From Harriotta raleighana (Eukaryota), in the NCBI GenBank assembly GCA_050575255.1, contig JBNZDD010013673.1:22184-86183 (forward strand): 64,000 nt of DNA, written 5' to 3'. The notes under the pieces were generated by a model that was given only the letters and a program-made list of their open reading frames with translations, did not search any database and was not told where the DNA came from. The position numbers and the translations under genes are program-made. Positions 24,376 to 38,247 of the stretch are shown here, piece after piece (position 1 is the stretch's first letter; each line of letters begins with the position of its first letter).

Positions 24376-25024
24376 TATTTATTTATTTTGTATGGTAGGA
24401 TATTGAAACCCAGTGCTAAAAGGGTTACCCAGAGCTTTGATCATTTGAAAATAACACACAGACCCCGGTTTAAAATTGTGTTAACAAGTTAAAATAACCA
24501 ACACTGGAAACAGAAAAAAAAATCTCAAATGCTTAGATTTAAAAGCAGGCGGAGAGTGGGGGCTGGAGGGATGGAAAGATTCAGGAGAGAGAATAGGAGT
24601 TCAAGGAGCGGAATAAGCATGTTGCTATGGAAACACTCGAAAGGAGGACAGAATTGAATTAATGATGTGCAAGTACCAAGCAGCACAGAGAGAGGAGAGC
24701 TGCAAAGAAGATAAACACCAACTGTATCACCCTCCTAATTTCATATCATTGCAGTGTTATTATTAGAGATATTGCAATATGGAATGATTGAGAAAGATGC
24801 ATTAACCTTGCCTCTTGCAGATTGAAATATTTAGACCACGTCATCATTCGCGACGTGAATGGAAATGTTGCCGTGCCCTTGTGCGGGTAAACGGTTAGTT
24901 TGCTTTGAGGCCAGAAATTGAACAGATTGCACTCTTAACCTAAAAACACTACTTGCCAACACAACCATATTAGTCACGGACATCGAGATTACTTGTTCAC
25001 CACCAATCCCAATCCTTTCCTGAA

Positions 25025-25245
25025 ATAATAGTAATAATAATAATCCTTGCATTTGATATAGCACCTTATCACATCATTGAGACATCTCAAAGCACATCAC
25101 AGAACCTACTGAAAAATGGATCGACTGTGTATTCTGTGAACAAACCAACAAACAACCGCATTCCTACTTGCTGCTGGGTAAACAGAGGAAGAAAGAAACT
25201 TTGGCCCGCCTGGGAATCTTGTCCCACCTGGGAATCGAACCCAGC
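25025..25245 (-). mobile_element. SINE, internally deleted copy
   Basis: Reverse tail taataatccttgcatttgatatagcacc and reverse B-box ggaatcgaaccc. Confidence 0.7.
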
Positions 25246-26199
25246 TCTTCTCACTTCCTCTTATATGGTCCCATTGGTCACCCCAAATCCCTTTCCCTCC
25301 ACCCTCCCCATTCCTGACCCCAGCTCAGGTCTGAAACATTGACTGTGCTGCAGGCTCTGGGATGTCCTTCTGACGTTAAAGGCACTGTACAAGTGTAATT
25401 TTGTTGTTGTTGTTGTTGAGGCTTATTCATGAGCCAATTAGCTGTCACATTTTGCCGACGAAATACACAATTAATTAATTAATTCACTTTGCAGCATATT
25501 CAGTAAAGCTTTTTGTGATGTCTCAAAAGGCACTACATCAGATGCAAGAATTATTATTACGGGAGCTATTATAAGGAAAGTAGTATACAATACAGTCCAG
25601 TACTGCACTACCCAGCTCACATTGCTGTTCAATTAAAGGAACTGGCAAGGTCAGGTCAGAATGTGTGGAAAGCCTTTTTGGCTGATTGCACCAATGATGC
25701 AGTGTGAGCTGATATCAGGGCTTCAGTCTATCTGTGCAGCTGAAGCTCAGACTATTAATAGACTGAGGAATATGGTGTTGATGGAAGTTGGCCAGGGATT
25801 GGAGTACAAGCCTCCTCTGGGGGTGCTAGGCACAAACCTAGACCCCATGACCTCCGCATGTTCCTTGACTAATACAATATCCTGCAGTAGCTCGCACGTC
25901 TCATTTAAATGCTGATCTCAAATTCCTTTGCAAGTTCCAGGAGAGGTGGTTAGTTTCACACTACATCTCATTTACTCCGAGTTTGTCAAATTTGTCTCAT
26001 TGCACATCCTTGCCTTGCACACGTTTGCACATCAACGGCAGTGTCTACTGATCCAGTTTCTTTCGAGTCCAGGAGCAAAGCTGTATCTATTCCACAAACT
26101 AAATTAGTCCCTTCACTTGACCTTTTTACCTTAGTGATAAGTGTATAATCATTATATAATATAATGATAATATAATGCAGTAGGATTATATTATATTGG

Positions 26200-26440
26200 C
26201 CTCCAGTCTACTATCGGTGACCGTGCCTTCAACCATTACACTCCGAAACTCTGGAACCTTTATCCGAAACCTTGCTCCTTCCTTTCCCATCTTCAGGTCA
26301 TGCCTGAAGACCTTCTTCTTCAACTGAGCCTAGAATCAACTACCCTCTCTCCCTGGTTTGGCGTTGAGCTCCCCTATTATCAAGCACTCTGGGATGCTAC
26401 CCAGTGTGAGGGTACTTTATAAATGCTAATTGTTGTTGTT
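26200..26440 (+). mobile_element. L2-type LINE 3' fragment
   Basis: Similar to the reverse complement of 61312-61740 (atcggtg.ccgtgccttca..ctctggaac..gaagacctt) and ends in a ttgttgttg tail. Confidence 0.7.
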
Positions 26441-28122
26441 AGTTTGGCACTACTGGCAATGAGTTTGTACACCATCGTTTTATGAATTCTAAACTGAGAG
26501 TAGAGCATTGTCCTTTAAAGCGCTCCTTGCTGAGACTTGTACTCATTTGAACTCATTCCTATTCATTAAATTCCAAAGTAAACTCCTGCTTTCTTTCCAT
26601 TCAGGAACTGAGTGCACACAATAGAATGTAGTTTTCGGCAGTTCATAAAATTGTTCCTATTACAAGGAACATCGTAAAAAAGGGCCATAGATTTCTCCTA
26701 GCATCGCTGTTTGCTAGTCTTATCCAGGCCTTTAAAACATATTTAATATATTTTGATCCTTTTGCCTAGAATTAAGGGCTCGTTGTTCTCTGGCACATAT
26801 CCATAGAGCTTTCAAGATAGTATTATTGCTGTGGTTAGCTTTTCATAGTTGACTTGCTTTCACTGTGTTGTAGACAAAGGAATTTCTCCATGTGAAATAT
26901 CTCATGAATGAAATACACAAGGATAGGGTTCAATTCAATTTGAATCCTTTGAGAAACAAGTCATAGATGTGCAATGAAAGTAGCACGTCTCCCTAAACAT
27001 CTCCCATGAATGATGTCAGTGCCAATCTCCAAATGTAACACATTAAATAAAACTTGTTGAGTTCTAAGGCGGAGGCAGAGACATTTACTGGAACCTTATT
27101 AACACAAACTGCTGATGCCCGTGGGACTTGGAAAAAGTGAGCCACACCTATCTTATATACAGGAACTTTCTTTCCTTGTTCCTCCTCATTTTGTCCTCTA
27201 GCTGAGTGGTTAGAATACTTACCTCCCTCGCAAACGAGTGACCTGGGTTTGATTCCCAGCAGGGCAAAATGTTGGGCAAATTTTTTTATTCCACATGCCT
27301 CTGTTTACCTAGCAGTAAGTAGGAACCTGATTGTTAATTGGCAGTTAATTGGCAGATAGTCAATAATGATTTGGTAACTCAATCCACGATTGTTTGTGGT
27401 GAGTGGGGGTGGGGAGATGGGGTGGGGCGGAGGGGAAGGAGAGAAACTGGAAACCAAATGGACAAATCTTGCTGCGAATGGGTAAGGTCTGGTAAAACAG
27501 GTAAAGGTGTTGTTTGAGCCAATCAAAATATTATGTTTCCGAAATTTGAAATTCCATCTAATCTTAGCTCCGTACAACAAACATTGTTGTTTAATTTGGA
27601 AGTCGTTTCTCTGGTAATCTGCGGTAAAAAGTCTCACAATTCGGTAAAGCAATCAGTCCAGATGTACCAACGGAATGGTCAAAGGCATCTAAACAAGGTA
27701 GGCTAATTGATTTCTAATTTGAATCTCGCTGCATTTTTATCAAAGGGATACTATTAAGGAGCGGGTGGGGGTGGTGGGTATATTTCCCATTGCTATTTAT
27801 TGCTTGACCTCTTTGTTTTGCGTTGCTGTTGTTTCGCATTGGTGCTTTCCCCTTAACTCTTCACGATGCTTGTTCAGCTATTTATTTTCAAAGTTTGATT
27901 GCAATCTCACACCTGCCCACCTTGGCGCTATGATTTTTTTTCTGCATTATTTCATAAGTTACCTGTTTTGCTTTCATTTCTGTTGTTTCCTGGATTTTAT
28001 TCTATTGTGTTTCTCCTCCTCCCACCCCATCCCCCACTCCCTCCTTCTCACCACTCACCACCCACCACCTACCACCAACGCACACCCACAACGGTTCCCG
28101 CTACCATGTGTTCCTTCATCAG

Positions 28123-28233
28123 CTGGTAGAGAAGGGTGGACAATACCACGGACAACTCCACGAACTCCGTTGCAGATGAACCTGAGTGCCCACCCTCCAG
28201 GAGCCATGCGAAGTCAGTATTTTCTCCCCCAAG
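28123..28233 (+). CDS. Additional protocadherin constant exon (111 nt, phase 1 to 1): AGREGWTIPRTTPRTPLQMNLSAHPPGAMRSQYFLPQ
   Basis: gttccttcatcag| acceptor and a strong AAG|gtgagc donor. The frame is open and compatible with the exons ending at 17553 and starting at 32010. Confidence 0.75.
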
Positions 28234-31039
28234 GTGAGCCCCCTTCCCCTCATCCAGTCTTGGTGATGTTCCTCACCATGGCACTTCTCATGGCTTTTAA
28301 GTAAGAAAGACTTCTTTGACTTATCGTAAGTGATCACTTACACATATAATGTATGAAGCCCTTACAGAAGTCTCAACAATGTGATCAGGTTGCTGTGTCA
28401 AATGCAAGGATTGTTATTATTATTATTTTATTATTATTTCCCAACTTTGTTCGTTGAGTCATTAGGACCAGATCCAAATCCCTTTATTCCCCATGTGCTC
28501 CTGGTGTTTAGATCTAGAATGAATCCCTGAATGACTTGAACAAGACCAAACGGGTTGCTATTAACCCTCTGTTTGCCGCGCAGACATTCAGTAATTTTCT
28601 TTTTTTAAAACGATTGATCATTTGCTCTTTGCAACCAACTCTCTCTCAGTTGCCTCTCCGTTTCTCTCAAGAATATCAAAAACACAAAGCCACATTAAAA
28701 CACATTAACCAATCCAGAATATGTCTGTCAAGGTGAGATAGGTTCTCTTGCTCTCTCTAATTATTGTTGCAAATGCCCCTCTCCATAATGGAACTCTCTG
28801 CCAACATCCTATATTCCAGCTGAGAGCCTGTGTATCAAGTCAGCCAGACATTATCATGTTCAAATATCAGTGTAGGATGGGATTCAAGGTCAGTTGAGTG
28901 CAATCAGTGCTCCAACATTAGGATATCCAGACTGTTTCAGCCTTTCGCTTCACCAAGTAAATTAATCAAAAGGCATATTAATATTAATTAATACGTCCAC
29001 ATAACAAACATCCATCATGTATGGTAGATGGACAAACCATGCAGACTCAGGTTCACATGAGGAAAGGTGGACAGACAATTTAAGGCTCATTGTATTGCAC
29101 AGAGTGTGGTGAGTGTATAAATAAATATTGATATCGGCAGTGAGGACAATATGGGCGAATTTAAGAAGGAACTCGACAAATTATTTGGCAAAAGAATGAA
29201 ATTGAAGGGCATATAAGAAACATTTAAAGGGAAAGAAAATAATTCTGGTGCGCACAGAGAGAGTAGGATAATAAGATTAGATTCAAAGAGCGAGCAAACT
29301 GGCTGGCGAGAGATTTTCCCTGCAATTTCCATGTCAGCAAGTTAAAGAATCCTTTCTTCAATGATATTCAACCAAGTTTAAATATATGATGCACTGTTTT
29401 TAAAAACTTTCTCTTATGAAAGTCTCATTACTGGTGAATAATCCTCTCTCTCTACCCTGTCAAGCTATTTCTGTTACCCTCTGGCTAAGCACAAGCTTGA
29501 AGAAGCTTGCTCACCCATGTATGTGTGTGTGTGTATGTGTGTGTGATTTCAGATCCCCTCCATTTGCAGGGTGTGCTGTCAACAATCGGAGAGAGCTGTA
29601 GGGTCTCAGGTACTGGCTGGGCGCAAAGCTCTGATTCACAAAACCTACTCGTTCATCCATATCCAATTTAATCAACGCCTGTATAGGAATACAATCCATA
29701 TGTTGATTTATAAGGGGAATAAGCAAAATACATTTGATGTATTAAACTATGAGAATGTCGAGACAGATTAGAATGACTTGTTTAGATCTATATTTTTTAC
29801 CGAGGCTATTCCCCTGAAGGAATGATGAGGTATTAATCCTTTTATCTTGGAAATGTCATCCAGAATGATTGGAGCGAGTTTCCCTCTTGTGAGCAGGAAC
29901 ATTGCCTTGCTCTCTCTGTGGATATGTATTAATGCAGCCACCATGCACTTACTTCCCGGAGGCATTTATGGTGGGCTCTTGTTATTTCAGAATCTTAAGA
30001 CTGGTTCACAACGTTGTTGTTTGAGTGGTACATTTTGCCCACATACTATTGCATAATGGGAAATGTTGTGGGACGCTTCAGTGAGATCAGGGTGTTAAGT
30101 GAGTTTCAAGAGGGATGTAGATGGGTAGGACAGTGGGATTGAAAGCATAACTTGGTCTGAGATACTTGATGGGCCAAAAAATGGCCCCCTTACCTGCTAA
30201 CAAATGTCTTTCATTCCTTGTTGTTGGCCAATAACAGCATTGATTTTTCTTTGTTTTGGTGAAAGATTTATTGATAATTTTCTGAACACAGAAAACAAAA
30301 CAGGTCAGGGGCTGATGAATGCAAACCGGGTATTATGAAGGGTGATGCAGAGAGTGGCAGAGAGGGTCAGACAACCTGGTCCACAGCGATAAAATAGCTC
30401 ACATGATTGTAGATACACTAAAAGGTCATGATTGAATCCATCCTGGGGAACACTGACATCTCTGGCAAGGAAAGGCACACACGAGACAGCTTGGAATACC
30501 ATGAATAATTAAAAAGGGTATATTTTGGTTTCTTCGTAGAAGTCAATGCTTATGGGATCTGTTTAAAGGAGGCTGTAGGACAAATCACCCAAGTATAGAG
30601 GCTGACCTCAATATTTGCTCTTAGTTGTGAGGACACAAGACAGTTAAATGATGTTTATGGTAAAAAAATTCGACCAACTGATGTTTAACATGTACCACAG
30701 ATTCGGAGGCTGGATTGAGGAGGGCTGCTGTGTTGGCTTCACGAAACCAATTCCCTCTCGACACTACCTCGCTGCATGAATTGTTCACATATTCACCAGC
30801 TTCTGGGTAAAGAAATTAAATCTGAACTCCCTGTTTACTCCCCACTCTTTGGGACTTAACACCACACACCCAGATCTCTGGGCTACATCGCACATATTAT
30901 TGCAGTTGGGTCACTCGGCAGCCCTTGAAAAACCTTTTCCAGCATTGCGCAATCTCTGCCAATAACCCTCTCTCGTGTATATGCAGCAAATGTGTTTCAG
31001 TTGTTAACTTCTTCCTAGTCGCTTTGTCTGGGTGTCCCG

Positions 31040-31160
31040 ATTCAGTTCTGATGAGGGATCTGGCACCTGAAACGTTAATCTACCTTTCTCTTTCAGATGC
31101 TGAATGATCTGCTTCTGCATTTCCAGCCTTTTCTGTTTTTGTTTCAGGGTTCCAGCCTTC
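31040..31160 (+). repeat. Interspersed repeat of the type common in cartilaginous fish (possibly Penelope-derived); an inverted copy lies at about 48960-49145
   Basis: tctgatgagggatc..gaaacgttaa..cagatgctg..gatctgc..ttccagc matches the reverse complement of 48960-49145. The family name is from recollection only. Confidence 0.5.
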
Positions 31161-32009
31161 ACGGGTTTCCATCTTTAATTAATCTCTTTGGTGTTCCCAT
31201 CTTTAACATCAAATTCAAGTGCTGGTCAGGCACGACTGCCCAGTGTTAATTAGGATAAAAGTATTATTGAATTAATTTAAAATCCCGTCTGAATTAGGCC
31301 GTCTTTGCTTTCGCACACCAGGGATCCTTTGCCAATTTACCACCACCACTACCAACAACTTGCACCATTGCCAGCCAGCGTCTCAGAGTGTTTAATTTAG
31401 AGCCATCTTAGGACACAAGTTAGTGCTGTGAGACCCTCATCCAAAAGGACCTGGGCTGAGTTTGGGCCCAAATTCATCTCACCCAAAGACTCTTCCATCC
31501 CAAGGAGACGTTCATCCCATTAATCAGGTCTCGAGAGGTAAAAAAGTGTCACCCAGTTCATACACTTTACTAATTCTCAATAATACTCCTGAGAATGCCA
31601 CAGCATAGCCCATGGCATCTGCCCCACTCATCCAAGCTGTTGACTACTGGGTCAGAATGAATAGGGGACCTACAAGCAGGCTAGTGGACTGATAGTGACA
31701 CACAGCTCAGCTCAGCAAAAGCCATCAGCCAATAACAACACACCATCTCACAGGATAGCAGTCAGTGTTCCTTACAGCAATGAGGCCAATTGCACTGTTG
31801 CTAACTTCACACTGGCTGAGATCAATTCACTAATCCATCACAGGAACCTGGGGCTTTCCCAATCTGTAATGCTGACTTCTCCGCTGGGCAGTGATTGCAC
31901 TCATCCACTGAGCTACTCACTCATTCACTCACTCACTTACTCACATTTGATAGCAATGCACTGCAACACAGGTGATAACTGATGTTTGCACCCATTGTGC
32001 CCCTGACAG

Positions 32010-32224
32010 AGGGCATCGTATCATCTCCAGTTCGGGCAGCAGGAGAGCAGAGCTGGACGCCCAGACTGGCCGTGAAATTTCCCCCGCATCACCAGGCCAC
32101 TGACTATCTACACAATGTCTACATCCCAGGCACGACGGCCACCCTCTCTGGGAAATCCACCTCCGAACGTGAGGGGAAGAAATCCTTCATCACCTTCGGG
32201 AAGAAGAAGAAGAGCGGTAAATAA
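32010..32224 (+). CDS. Terminal protocadherin constant exon, coding part: EGIVSSPVRAAGEQSWTPRLAVKFPPHHQATDYLHNVYIPGTTATLSGKSTSEREGKKSFITFGKKKKSGK*
   Basis: gtgcccctgacag| acceptor, phase 1. DYxxNVYIPG..ATL and KKKSGK match Pcdh-gamma constant exon 3; FITFGKK matches Pcdh-alpha. Confidence 0.92.
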
Positions 32225-34470
32225 GCTTTCAGCGGAATGAGAGAAACAGAGTTTAACAAAAGAACATTATTAATAATAATAACAACAACAACAATATCGG
32301 CACTGCATGTCTGAAGCACGTTTTGTGTTTTTTTTAGGAAAATGACTAAAATGTCACTTAATTACTTAAACCACTGGGGACCAACCACCGGTTTCCTTTT
32401 TTTCCCCGCTGCCCTAAGTATTAGTTTGAAAGGGAATGGAGATTTTAAACTACAAATGGGTATGTTCAGAGAGCTGGAATGCCTTGGAAGAAATTGGGAT
32501 TCTTAAACCTAGCAACTGCCACGGCTGAAAATACGTTTGCACTATTAGCAATGTGCTGACCACATGTCTTCAAATGTTGACATGAGTCAACACTGTTAAG
32601 TGCTGGCTGTCAGTATTGGTTATCAATCACTGTTATCAGACAGTTTCCAACCAAGCCATTGGGTGCAAAGCAAAGCCTCTGAGCAGACTAGCATTTCCCC
32701 CATGGGCTCAAACCATCTCTCTCTCCAGCACACATCAACTGACTGGTTGAAAGCACCCAGAGATTGAGAGGGATATTTCATTGCAATTTTAAGTTCACCG
32801 CTTTTCTTACCAAAATTTCCAAGTAAGGTGGGAACCCCTTCTCCTGCTACCCACCGCACCGTACTGCCCCAACCCCCCAACACCATAACCCCCCAAGATG
32901 GTTAAAACATTTGAAGAAAGATCCATTCCCTTTTTCAACGATTTGTTACACATGTTTCAACTATTGTCGGCAGACACTGATTTTAATCAATCCCATTCCC
33001 TAAGCTAATGTGTCTCCATTTAACCATTCCAATGTGTCACTTGGCCTTAACGTAGATTAAGCAGCGCTTTGTCTCTCATTGTGCATGTTGCCCCCTCCCC
33101 CGAACTCTGCTCCCCACCCTCTCCCCAGCCGACAAGGGTTATCGCTCGTATTAAATTTTCTGTAATTTATTTACCATCGAACACCTCAGCTTTAACGTTC
33201 GGATGGTATGTGGAAGATCATAAAAGAGAAAAACATGTGTGTAAAACAAAGGAAAGCCTTCCTTCCTGTATAGGTTGAGTTGGGTCAGAACAATAAAAAT
33301 ATATCCCATCCCATTCCTGGAGGAAGCCCAAGAGAAAGCTCCTTCCTAATATTTCTGATCTGACTCCATTGGAATTGTACACAGTATTGGCTGTTTCATC
33401 AGAAGTTGGACTCTGTCATAATATCTCAAAGAGATCCCATGATGAACAATGTCTGTTGCAAGGAAGAGAGACAGGGAGAGATTGAAATTGGAATTAAATT
33501 GGAGTTGAGGTATAGATAGGCCATGAATGACGGAACAGGCTCGAGGGGCTGAGTGGTCTATTCCCATAGAAATAGACAAGAAAGGCAAGAAAGAGTGTGA
33601 GGAAGGGAGAAAGGGAAGAGTGGAAAAAGGGAATAAAGGACTAGAGGAAGGAAGGAAAAATATAAAATATTAATATGCCGAAAATGCTTATAAATTTTGT
33701 GGAACAAGGACTTGACTATTTAGATACCCCTTTAAGTCCTGAAATGTAATTTTTTTCTGAAAAACAGCAGCGATAACCCTATAATCATGATTTTTGTCTT
33801 ATGGACTGGGATAATGAGCCAAGGCTTTGTGAAAAGCCTTTGCTAACCAGTACTAGAGCAAGCGCAAGTACTTTGTAGCTGTTATAATATTTAGGCATGC
33901 TGAATGTGTCCTGTGAACAGTGATTATGAATATATGCATATACAAGTAGTTGCTCAATTTCTTAGCGAGAGAGAGTGAGAGAGAAAGACTGAATTAGTTC
34001 TGACATTGTGAACTTCCTTCTAGTTTTTCGATGTTAATTTTTTGCTAAAATCTGTTTTAATACAATTTCACCGTATGTGGTGCTGTATACTTCTACACTA
34101 AAACCTTTTTTTGTACACTATGCCAACACTAGTCAACTCTAATGATGGTCCAAGTTTCCTTATCATGTACATGTCTATTCCTGCAATACTCTTGTAATTG
34201 CTTACACCGGTATGATGGCTTGTACAACCACAAAGTGTATCACAGAGTTCCCTGTAGCCTCTCACAGCGTGCTGTAACCCTACTGCAAACACTTTTGCTT
34301 TGAACTGTATTGCTTTATATTAGTACTGTTTTGCTCTTAAGTTCAGTCTTTCCAGTAAAAAAAAATGTTCCTTTAATCCATTCAATGTGTCTGTGTTCAA
34401 TATGAAGACTTCTCTTTTTTGCAAATCTTGGGAAAGCAGAAGCAATAAAATTTCATCTACACCATTTCCC
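32225..34470 (+). other. Probable protocadherin 3' UTR with poly(A) signals at 33292 and 34444
   Basis: AATAAA at both sites after the stop codon, in AU-rich UTR-like sequence. The true end is inferred. Confidence 0.5.
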
Positions 34471-36059
34471 TGGCTCGTGTCCTCCAAGTCCACAGACTTA
34501 CAATGGTGATGAAATAGCTCACAGTCAAAGTTGACTTTGAGTGATGGGAAACGTTCTATTGTCAGAGAGAGAACTAGAGAGAAATGGTTATGATTCCCCG
34601 TAGATAACTTTTTTGCTCAGTTTTATTTTTGCCAGTGACAACTTTTCTCCCCATCCTCGCCATCATCTCTCCACACAGCCATTTCTGCTGCACTGGACAT
34701 TTTCCCTCTGCTAAACAGGGAACTCTCGCACAGAACAAAGGAAATTAAGACTAAGAGCTCCCCTCCCCCATACGGAGGCAGAAAACATGCTCTCGGCTGT
34801 GTTCCATTAACTCTGGAGTGCTTTTTGCACAGCTGCTGAACGTAAAATATGATTCATATGAAAGTGAGTGTTTCACTCGTGTGGTTCGTCACACTCAAAA
34901 GAATTTACATTACAGAAATGTAACATTAGCTGTGGCTGCAGATTGCACATGGTATCAAGGCTCCAGTCTTGTCTTTAATGCAATACAAGTTTATACAATT
35001 AATTGAAGTGGAAACACACATGACTTGGCTCTTAAAATTAGACTTATTTTTTCTGCCTGTTTTGATTTTAATTTCTGGTTGTAGTCTAACAAGAGATTCT
35101 AAAACACAATCTCTTCAGGGTGGATGAACCTGGTGTGAGCATTCAATGACTCCACCTCTCTCCGGAACTCTTCCTCCATTACCTTGTTCCACCAGCAAAA
35201 TATACAGTCTATTCACTTTACAGTGTAATCTGTGAAGCGCTTTGAAGATCTCTTCAAGGAGCTATATCAAATTAAGGTTGCAAGGATTATTAAATAATGG
35301 AAATATAGAACTCTCTACTCCAAAAGGCATTGATGCTGGATTTATTCACACATTCAAGACTGAGGTGGATGGCTATTTGTTAGGTCAGTGTATTAAGGGA
35401 TATGTGGTAAGGGTGGGTAATTTGAGTTGAGGTACAAATCAGCCATAGCTTTCAGAGAGCTCCCACCCAGTTTCTCTGAGGAACAGTGAGGCAATGTCTC
35501 CGCCCTTGTGGTGACCATGTGGTATTTGCATATCACATCAATGATGTACATTGTGGGAGTTAAATGGCTTTGTTACTGAGTGGCATTTGTGTAATGTACC
35601 ATTCTTAATGCAGAATTGTATTTCTTTACTTTCCTGCTGAAGCATTCAGTTTTTTGGAAAAAAAACACATGCAATCACTGCTTTTAGAGATGGAAAGAGT
35701 TAAAATGAAATTCACTGACCTTGAATGAAGGAAGGACACGCAAATCCCATGGAGCACCACCCACCAATATGTTGCTTTGGTCTTCTGAAAGGTTTAAAGC
35801 TGTAACACTACTCCTCAAGGTGGCATTTAATCCACCAACACCAGATCTACTTTATAAGAACATTCAACGGGAAAATACTGTAAGATTTCACCGCTGCAGT
35901 GTTGAATTAGGACTGCAGCTTCAGGAGTGACATCCTTCAGATGAGACGTCTCCTGAAACATGTGAAACATGTGATAACAAATTGAAGAATTAATTAATGT
36001 CTGAACATTTAGTTCACAATTTACATTGCAAATTTGAGGCTGATTTATTATTTTCCTGT

Positions 36060-36382
36060 AGTGTATTGGTCAGGCTTTCGCCTCGCAAGCGAGAGGACCG
36101 AAGTATGAAACCTTAGGCAAGTTTCCTTATTCCAGACTCACTCCACTGCAGTAACTCGGTTGTTAGTTAATTGGTGGATTGTTTCAGGGGCAATAATCCC
36201 TTTTTAAAAAAAAACGATAATTTGATCACTCACTCTGCAATTGTTTGTGGGATAGTGATGTGTGCAATTGGCTACCGTGTTTGGCTCACAAAATACAGAT
36301 CACAGTACATTCTGTGAAGCGCTTTGATACATTTCAATGACGTGAGCAGGTGCTAAATCAAACGCAACAATTATTATTAATA
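36060..36382 (+). mobile_element. tRNA-derived SINE, diverged copy
   Basis: Shared head, body and gtgaagcgctttga tail. Confidence 0.75.
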
Positions 36383-37634
36383 ATAAGATTCGTTCTGTCC
36401 ATGGCTTCTGTTTCTAGCCCTGTGGAAATAGATCCTCATTGTGATTGTGGAAGTCAATCTCTCCGACATCATGTTCTGATTTTTGGCGTTTGGCCACAGT
36501 ATTCCCGATGGAAATTCATGGAAGATGATTGAAGTGACCTCTACTTTACTAATTTCTCACACTCAGGCATATTTAACTGCAATTTGTCATGTCATAGAAT
36601 TAATCCCTGTTCAGCAGGTGGGGTGTCTGGGCGGGATAGGAATTCACTGTCTATATGGATTCACAAGGCGATCAATTTGGGGTGTAACTCACTTTTGTAC
36701 AAACATATACAGTGATGAATTGATTGATTATAGATTCACAGTAAGTAGAAATATGATAGAAATACTAACATACCAACTCAGTGAAATTTGCTCATTTGCT
36801 GCATTTGTGAATAACAATTCTACATGAATTGAGGTGGGGGGCGTGTGGGGGGAGGTGGGGAGGAGGAGGAGGAATGGGAGGGGAAATGTGTCCGACAGTA
36901 AATGGTATTTTGTTATCTTGACCCGTGCAAACTCTCCCGTTGACATCTGGTACAGAGGTCACCAAGGTCGGGGGAGTTCTAAGGCATTCCTTGTTAAGCA
37001 ATCCTATTAAGAAATGTCACAAGTTAGATCCCCCGCGAGATCCATTTGTGTGTTTAAAAACAACCTTATACTGCATGTTTTCTCAGAGCCTGGGAAACGC
37101 TTCAGATTTCACTGCCTTGAAATTGTAACAATAAGAATAATTGTAATAATGCATTATCTTTGCATTTGCAGTGTCAGCTATAGACTATGCAATTGCAAGT
37201 CTCGACATTGTGGCTTCAAACTTTTGGCTCTGAGCCTTTTGACTCAGAGGTGAGAATGCTCAGACCACTCCGCTGATACAATAGATCCCTCCATAAAAAT
37301 CCTGAGCTGATTTCAACGGGAGAAAAAAAAGGGTTTAAATTGAGAAGGTGAGCAAGCTTTTCCTTGCAATTCCAAACGGACGAGCATTAGTCTACTCTGC
37401 ATCTTTTCCATCGATTTGATATGCATCACCGCATCACTGGAATAAATCATCAGATGTTTCAAAAGATGGAGCATGTTTTGCAGCATTCATTCTATTCATT
37501 CCCAGCCTCGCATCAGCTCTCCCCTGTTACGGTTTTTTCGGTTTCGACTTAACACTTTTTTTCTTCCTGTGAGGAGCGATATACCCAAGACATTAGTAAT
37601 TCAAGCCTGTGAGTGATGGTTCCTATCTCAGGGT

Positions 37635-37865
37635 CATAGAATCATGGAACCCTACAGCACAGAAGTAGGCCATTCGCCCAATAGTGCCTGTGTCAGCTCT
37701 TTGAACGAGCTTTCAACTAATTCCACTCACCCACTCTTATCCCCTCAGCCCTGCAATTTTTTCCTTTTCAAGTATATATCCAATTACCCTTTGAAACTAT
37801 CATCGAATATCTGTTTCCACTACCCTTCAAGGCAACGCATACCAGACCGTAAAAACTCGCTGGGT
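37635..37865 (-). mobile_element. CR1-type LINE 3' end fragment
   Basis: catagaatcatggaac..gcacagaagtaggccattcgccca..tatatccaattaccc is a typical reversed CR1 3' terminus. Confidence 0.65.
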
Positions 37866-38247
37866 GAACAAAATGGCTCTGAGTTAAAAAAAAAGGGTCA
37901 CCTTAAGAGTTAGGGGAAAAAAAAGCAATGCTTTAAAGCTCACTGTGTCTGACATGAGTTAGGCATCTGTACTATAACTAGGTCAGACTGTTGGGAAGGA
38001 TGTGACACAAGGCAGTAAAATGAACCCTCAGGGAACATTCGCAGCAAGAGGAAGCTCTACATCACTATCGCTCTGCCCCCATCCAACTCGATCTGTGCTA
38101 CTCTCAAATAGACAGGAGAATTGCCTTGTTTCTTTTTTAAAAAAAAAGAGATGAATAGATTTCAACAGTGTGATATATGTGTAATATATATGTGTGATTT
38201 ATATGTATGATTTATCCTGACGTGTGACCTATAATGAAATGCAACAT

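Noticed and set aside
27765-28122. Hydrophobic 179-aa ORF suggesting a membrane protein
   Set aside because: It is T-rich intron sequence upstream of the acceptor; only 28123-28233 is exon-like.
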